From positions 1,376,001-1,440,000 of the forward strand of contig CAWCKJ010000004.1 of NCBI GenBank assembly GCA_963796105.1: 64,000 bases of DNA, given 5' to 3'. The notes under the pieces were generated by a model, which worked only from the letters and a program-made list of their open reading frames with translations, did not search any database and was not told where the DNA came from. Both the position numbers and the translations under genes were made by a program. Source of the DNA: a candidate division FCPU426 bacterium (GTDB taxonomy: Bacteria > Oederibacteriota > Muellerivitia > Muellerivitales > Muellerivitaceae). Below are positions 58,318 through 64,000 of this stretch, in pieces (position 1 is the stretch's first letter; each line of letters opens with the position of its first letter).

Positions 58318-60120
58318 ATGGAATCTCCAGCCGCCAAAGCTTTTTCCCTTTTTAAAAACTACAGTCCCCTCCATAACATCATTCACTATTATGTGGATTT
58401 GAGCTGTTTTTTGGTTTCCAATTCGAAACCCTTGAATTGGTGGGCCTTGAATCGGCGTAAAAGAATCACAAGCTTTTATTCCCTTGAGGTCAAATATAGA
58501 AGCCTAGAAGATCGGGATCGGTTCACGGCTGATTGTTTCAGGCAGGCTCAATCGCAAAAACGAACCTTTTGCGGTGAACGTTTAGGTTTTATGGACTTTT
58601 TTGTGCCTATTTTAAAAGACGGAAGAGTTGTCGGTTTCTTGCAAGCGGGTTCTTTTGTCAGGGATGAAATCAACGCCGAAGTCATCAATAATTGTTGGAA
58701 GAAATTGACGGGGCTGGAAGCATCCGTCGCTTTGCCTGAGTACCGTGAATTTGTGAAAGTGCTATTAGAAGTGCCTGTCTTGGACGGGCCCCTGTTCACG
58801 GCGTTCCAAGAGGCTCTTGAAATGTTCGCGCGGCTTTTATCCGATGACAAAGAGGCGGATTCCATCGGAGAAAAGCTCCAACAGCTTTTATTGTCGGTTT
58901 TTTCAAAAAATCTCCCGCATAGTTATTGGATGGATTGGGCATTAGGGAGGCCTACCGCTGAATCCGTTCCCCCTTGGGATCACCGGGTCGTGAAATGGGA
59001 TTGGATTAGAAATGAGATTGGAATAACAAGAATTCCGACCACCGTTTTAACCGTTATCCCCCAGCGCCCAGGAGGGCATCCGCTGGGTTGGACTGAGGAA
59101 ATGCTCCTAATATACCGTTTCCAACGCCGGAGCTTTCGCTTCGCTCAAACTTTGCCACAAACGGTTGGCGGGAAATTGGATGATTATGGGGCGGTTTTTG
59201 TGACCTCGGTCGGTCCCCAACATTCCCGGTTAGCGCAAAAGGAGCAGGTGAGAAACATCGCGTTAAAAATCAGGGATTTCGCCCTGAAGGAATTAGAGGG
59301 GCCGGTCCTTATAGGAATCGGCGATTCTGTTCTTCCAGGAGAACATTTGGATTTATCCTACCGTCAGGCGGTATTAGCGCTTCATTTAGCAAGAAGAGAG
59401 GACAAAACAATTTTATTTTTTGAGGGTGGAAAAAAAGACACTTCAGTTGTAGGTTTTCCCGAATTAAGAGGTATTTTAATGGAATTGAACGATGCTTTTG
59501 CTAGAGGTCCTTTTTCGGATTTGGAGGTATTAAAAGATCGTTTTCTAAAACAAGTGATCAATATTTCCTTCCGGAATCCCTACGAAATAAGGTGGCATTT
59601 CCAATATGCCTTGGATCGTTTGGCCGAAACATTACAACACCGGATGGAATTCAGAAAAAAGGAAGCGGATTTGTTTTGGGAAAACCTAAATAAAACTTTG
59701 GAAGATTCCGCGACCATCCAGGAGATGATACTGGCTTTTCAGGAGATCCTCTCCAAGTTAGAACGGCAAATTGACAAGACATCAACCATTCAAACGGAAT
59801 TTTCAATAGAGAAAGTCCGGGACTTTCTGGCGCATCATCTTAAGGAACCCTTAAGGATTTCACGCGCGGCGGAAATGGCGGGCGTTTCCATTTCCACTTT
59901 TGGCCGCCGATTTAAAAGATTAACCGGCTTGGGTTTCGAGGCCTATCTGCAAAAATTGCGTCTTGACGAGGCTAGGCGACTTCTCAAGACGACTCGTCTT
60001 CCGATTGTGAGAATAGGGAAAGATTGTGGGTTTAAATCCAACCCCTATTTCTTTCAACTGTTTCGCAGGAAAAACGGCTGTCCACCACTCGCTTACCGCA
60101 GAAAAATGAAGAATATTTGA
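58318..60120 (+). CDS. AraC-family regulator, paralog of 50660..52453
   Basis: Shares HS(F/Y)WMDWAL, EIGITRIPTTV, LPQTV-x-GKL, SYRQAVLALH, EIRWH-x-QYAL and the AraC HTH. Confidence 0.9.
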   Translation: MESPAAKAFSLFKNYSPLHNIIHYYVDLSCFLVSNSKPLNWWALNRRKRITSFYSLEVKYRSLEDRDRFTADCFRQAQSQKRTFCGERLGFMDFFVPILKDGRVVGFLQAGSFVRDEINAEVINNCWKKLTGLEASVALPEYREFVKVLLEVPVLDGPLFTAFQEALEMFARLLSDDKEADSIGEKLQQLLLSVFSKNLPHSYWMDWALGRPTAESVPPWDHRVVKWDWIRNEIGITRIPTTVLTVIPQRPGGHPLGWTEEMLLIYRFQRRSFRFAQTLPQTVGGKLDDYGAVFVTSVGPQHSRLAQKEQVRNIALKIRDFALKELEGPVLIGIGDSVLPGEHLDLSYRQAVLALHLARREDKTILFFEGGKKDTSVVGFPELRGILMELNDAFARGPFSDLEVLKDRFLKQVINISFRNPYEIRWHFQYALDRLAETLQHRMEFRKKEADLFWENLNKTLEDSATIQEMILAFQEILSKLERQIDKTSTIQTEFSIEKVRDFLAHHLKEPLRISRAAEMAGVSISTFGRRFKRLTGLGFEAYLQKLRLDEARRLLKTTRLPIVRIGKDCGFKSNPYFFQLFRRKNGCPPLAYRRKMKNI

Positions 60121-60300
60121 GTGAAACGGCTTGTTTATAAAGAAATATCTATGAAGATAAAAAATAATCCAAATGACGTTAAAACGATATAATGCTATTT
60201 TCTCTTGAGCCCAGAGAAACTGAAAACGAGGTAAAATTAACTTGGGTTTTGAAGAACCGTCTAACAATTTAATAGCTTTGACTGGATGAGAGGAAGTTCC

Positions 60301-63300
60301 GTGAACCGGAAATTGATCTTATTTTTAACGGTTGGTTTGTTTGGAAGCGCTTCCGCTACATTAGCTGGTACTTGCACAGTGGATACCACGGCCACAAACC
60401 AGTTCATCAGGGGTTTTGGCGCTTCCAGCGCTTGGCATACCAGCGCCTACACTACGGCCCAGGCAACCATATTTTGGGATGACGCCGCCATGAACGGCAA
60501 CAGTCCGGCGGGAATCGGGCTTTCCATGCTTCGTTGTCGCATTCCTCCGGACGGGTCAACCGGTGAAATAGCTGTGATGACGCAGGCTAAGGGCCTGGGT
60601 TGCACCCAAATATGGGCCACCGAGTGGTCCGCTCCCGCCTCGATGAAAGACAACGATAACGTTAATAACGGCGGAGCGCTTCTTACCGGCAGTTACGCCG
60701 CATATGCCCAGTACCTCCTCAATTACGCCAAGACGTGTGAAAGTAACGGCATCACCTTGATGTGCATTTCCCCCCAAAACGAGCCGGATATGAATGTGAG
60801 TTATGAGTCCGGTACTTGGACGGGCCAGCAATTCCACGATTTTGTCTCGCAGAGCATGGGGCCGACATTCGCGGGCAACGCGACCAAAATTATGATTACG
60901 GAAACTTCCAAGAACGCTCTTTTAACCGCTGGCTGCGGCGTGACAGGAGACGCCACATGCTCGTTGAGCGATGCCGCCGCGGCCACATACATTTCTTACA
61001 TTGGCACCCATCTTTATGGGTCGGGCCCGATGTCCTTCACCCAACTCCAACAGAATCCCCCTTCGGGTTGGACGAGAGAATATTGGGAAACTGAAATGAT
61101 GGATTACAATAGCGGCGCGGCTTCCGACGACACGATGACGGATGGTTTGGCAACAGCAAGTTTGATCCACAAATCTATGGCGGACTCGGGCATGAACGCC
61201 TACCATTTTTGGTGGTTAGTTTGCGAAAACAGCAATACAAACCAGGGTCTCATTGATTATGACGGAGCAACCGTTCCTAAACGAACCTGGTGCATGGGAA
61301 ATTGGAGCAGATTTGTCCGTCCCGGATATTATCGAATGGGCGCCACTGAGGTGCCCTCCACCGGGGTGTCGGTATCCGCCTATAAAAACAACTCAAGCAC
61401 ATCACCGGCGACTGTTGTCATTGTCGCGATCAATGGCAGTACCGCGGCGGTTGCGCAAACTTTTACATTTAATGGTGTGACTGTCACTTCGGTCACGCCG
61501 TGGTTAACCGACTCCAGCAATAACCTAATCCAACAGACTGCGGTGCCAGTTTCGGGGAACAGCTTTTCCTTCTCTTTGCCGGCATCTTGCGTATGCTCTT
61601 TCGTCGGCGCTACTTCCTCCAGCGGATCTCCTGTCCCCACCAATACCATGACGCGCACCTTCACGATCACCCCGACCTTCACCCCCACGGCCACGACGGT
61701 GCCGCCCAAAATCACCCTGACCAAGACCACAGGCGGTCCCACTTCTAATTATTCGGACAATGGGCCTATTACAATGTTCCTGAATGTTTGCAATGGATCA
61801 GGGTCGGTCACGGCTAATTCGGTCACGGTGACTGACAGTATTACGAATCCCCTTGGATGGTCTTTCGAGGGACCTGGTTACAGTCAATGGACCGTGACAG
61901 AGTCTGGAGCGGCTGTGACAATCAATCCCACCAGCACGGCCTACCCCAACCTGACATGGGTGGTGAGCAACCTGCCGGGAGGGGCCTGCGTGCCGGTCAC
62001 CTTCATCGTGGGGTCCTACAGCGTCAATTCGGCCGATTACTGTAACGTGGTCACTGACGTCGGGATTGCCAGCTGGTCGGGCGGGGGGCCCGTGACCAGC
62101 AACAGTATCGCCATTTCGGTTGTGTGTACCACAGGGAGCACCGCCACCAACACGCCCACCAGGACCTCCACTCCCACCGTTACTAGGACGAACACGGCCA
62201 CGAACACCGCGACCCAAACGCCGACTGTAACCCCGACCAGGACAAACACGGCCACGAATACCGCCACCGCGACGCCCACGATCACCTCCACCAGCACCCG
62301 CACCAATACACCCACGAATACGGCGACCAACACCCTGACGAACACATTCACCGGCACCCCGACCATGACCGCGACGCGGACGAACACATCCACCAATACC
62401 GCTACCAATACGGCGACAGCCACTCTTACTCCGACCAGGACGAATACCGCGACCAATACGGTCACGGCTACTTTGACGAATACTTCTACCAACACCTCCA
62501 CTAACAGTCCGACTTTTACGGTTACCGCGACCCGGACGAATACTTCCACCAGCACCGCCACGAATACAGCGACTCTTACTTCTACCTCAACTAGGACAAA
62601 CACATCTACGAATACAACGACATCCACATCCACGAATACCCCGACGAATACCGCCACAAATACGCCAACACCCACTTTGACTCCGACCAGGACGAACACT
62701 TCCACTAACACAGCCACCAATACGGCGACCCTTACCTCTACTCCAACCAGGACAAACACATCTACGAATACAACGACAGCCACACCCACAAATACCCAAA
62801 CGAATACCGCGACGAATACGGCAACCTTTACTTCGACTGCCACTCGGACGAATACCGCGACCAATACTGCCACGGCTACCATGACGAACACTTCCACCAA
62901 CACAATCACCAGTACGGCGACACCCACTCTAACTTCGACCAGGACCAATACACCGACAAATACTTCCACAAGCACCCCGACTTCAACGCCCAGCAATACC
63001 TCAACGAACTCACCCACCTATACGAACACTCCAACGCGCACTTTGACTCCCACCCCGACGACCACAAATACGGCGACACCTACTTTGACTCCGACGAGGA
63101 CCAATACGCCTACCAATACGGCTACTCTGACGAACACCTCCAGCAATACCCCTACGAATACAGCCACCAATACCAGGACCAACACACCCACCAATACAGC
63201 CACATCGACGAACACGAATACGCCGACGGTGACACCTACCGCCACCAATACCAACACGGGGACCACATCCCCGACGAATACGCCTACGATTACCCCGACC

Positions 63301-64000
63301 AGGACCTCGACCCCCACGCCAACGAACACTTCAACATTCACGCCGACACCAACGGTGACAAACACGTCCACCAATACGCCGACTAGAACCTCTACGCCAA
63401 CCTCCACGAACTCAGCTACCTATACTAGGACCAGCACATCCACCAGTACCCCGACTCCGACGAGCACGAATACGCCGACGGTAACGCCTACCGCCACCAA
63501 TACCAACACGGGGACCACATCCCCGACGAATACGCCTACGATTACCCCGACCAGGACCTCGACCCCCACTTCGACGAATACCTCAACATCCACGCCTACA
63601 CCAACTGTGACGAACACGTCCACCAATACGCCGACAGCCACGCCGACCAGGACCGCTACTCCAACATCCACGAACACTTCGACCCCGACCAGCACATTAA
63701 CGAGCACAGCCACCAACACAAGGACCAACACGCCGACGGCTTCGATGACGCCTACGGCGTCCCTCACCGCTACCACGACGGTCACGAACACGATGACCGT
63801 TTCGGCTACGCCAACTCCAACCCAAACAAGAACGAATACGCCAACTGTGACGCCTACCGCGACCAATACCAACACCGGAACCCAGTCGCCTACCAACACG
63901 CCGACTATCACATCCACCTATACGAACACCCCGACACGCACCCCGACGAACACTTCAACATCCACACCGACACTAACGGTGACGAACACGTCCACCAATA
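60301..64000 (+). CDS. Giant secreted GH30 hydrolase + DUF11-like domain + Thr-rich stalk (3'-truncated by the window; missing from the ORF track)
   Basis: GTG at 60301 after GAGAGGAAG; signal peptide; [41 protein letters not shown]; then ITLTKT...VTVTD; T-x repeats to the window end. Confidence 0.9.
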   Translation, partial: MNRKLILFLTVGLFGSASATLAGTCTVDTTATNQFIRGFGASSAWHTSAYTTAQATIFWDDAAMNGNSPAGIGLSMLRCRIPPDGSTGEIAVMTQAKGLGCTQIWATEWSAPASMKDNDNVNNGGALLTGSYAAYAQYLLNYAKTCESNGITLMCISPQNEPDMNVSYESGTWTGQQFHDFVSQSMGPTFAGNATKIMITETSKNALLTAGCGVTGDATCSLSDAAAATYISYIGTHLYGSGPMSFTQLQQNPPSGWTREYWETEMMDYNSGAASDDTMTDGLATASLIHKSMADSGMNAYHFWWLVCENSNTNQGLIDYDGATVPKRTWCMGNWSRFVRPGYYRMGATEVPSTGVSVSAYKNNSSTSPATVVIVAINGSTAAVAQTFTFNGVTVTSVTPWLTDSSNNLIQQTAVPVSGNSFSFSLPASCVCSFVGATSSSGSPVPTNTMTRTFTITPTFTPTATTVPPKITLTKTTGGPTSNYSDNGPITMFLNVCNGSGSVTANSVTVTDSITNPLGWSFEGPGYSQWTVTESGAAVTINPTSTAYPNLTWVVSNLPGGACVPVTFIVGSYSVNSADYCNVVTDVGIASWSGGGPVTSNSIAISVVCTTGSTATNTPTRTSTPTVTRTNTATNTATQTPTVTPTRTNTATNTATATPTITSTSTRTNTPTNTATNTLTNTFTGTPTMTATRTNTSTNTATNTATATLTPTRTNTATNTVTATLTNTSTNTSTNSPTFTVTATRTNTSTSTATNTATLTSTSTRTNTSTNTTTSTSTNTPTNTATNTPTPTLTPTRTNTSTNTATNTATLTSTPTRTNTSTNTTTATPTNTQTNTATNTATFTSTATRTNTATNTATATMTNTSTNTITSTATPTLTSTRTNTPTNTSTSTPTSTPSNTSTNSPTYTNTPTRTLTPTPTTTNTATPTLTPTRTNTPTNTATLTNTSSNTPTNTATNTRTNTPTNTATSTNTNTPTVTPTATNTNTGTTSPTNTPTITPTRTSTPTPTNTSTFTPTPTVTNTSTNTPTRTSTPTSTNSATYTRTSTSTSTPTPTSTNTPTVTPTATNTNTGTTSPTNTPTITPTRTSTPTSTNTSTSTPTPTVTNTSTNTPTATPTRTATPTSTNTSTPTSTLTSTATNTRTNTPTASMTPTASLTATTTVTNTMTVSATPTPTQTRTNTPTVTPTATNTNTGTQSPTNTPTITSTYTNTPTRTPTNTSTSTPTLTVTNTSTN

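Overview
A 64-kb bacterial chromosomal window, with no rRNA, tRNA or CRISPR array detected. It falls into three parts. (1) 1-30 kb is mostly housekeeping and carbohydrate genes: aroK, gpsA, bcp, icd, GH67 aguA, GH5, LysR-leuCD, folD and livH/livM. (2) 30.2-40.8 kb is an accretion island that splits the liv ABC operon between livK and livH. It holds an intact IS1595-family element, a RAYT/Y1 transposase with inverted-repeat arms, AT-rich orphan genes, transposase debris and a ~710-bp GGAAC satellite. It also has stacked toxin-antitoxin cassettes (HicBA, MNT-HEPN), each bounded by a displaced copy of the livK 3' end. (3) 42-64 kb encodes surface and glycan functions: a GT-C-like membrane protein, a BNR beta-propeller protein, a TonB-dependent receptor, and two tandem modules of a ~600-aa AraC regulator followed by a giant secreted glycoside hydrolase on a long Thr-x-Thr stalk. 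The first giant ends in a T9SS/FlgD-like C-terminal domain; the second (GH30) runs off the window and is missing from the ORF track. Intergenic DNA carries several nested repeat families, including a double-hairpin element whose stems covary between copies. All calls come from reading the sequence and recalling family motifs; no database search was run.
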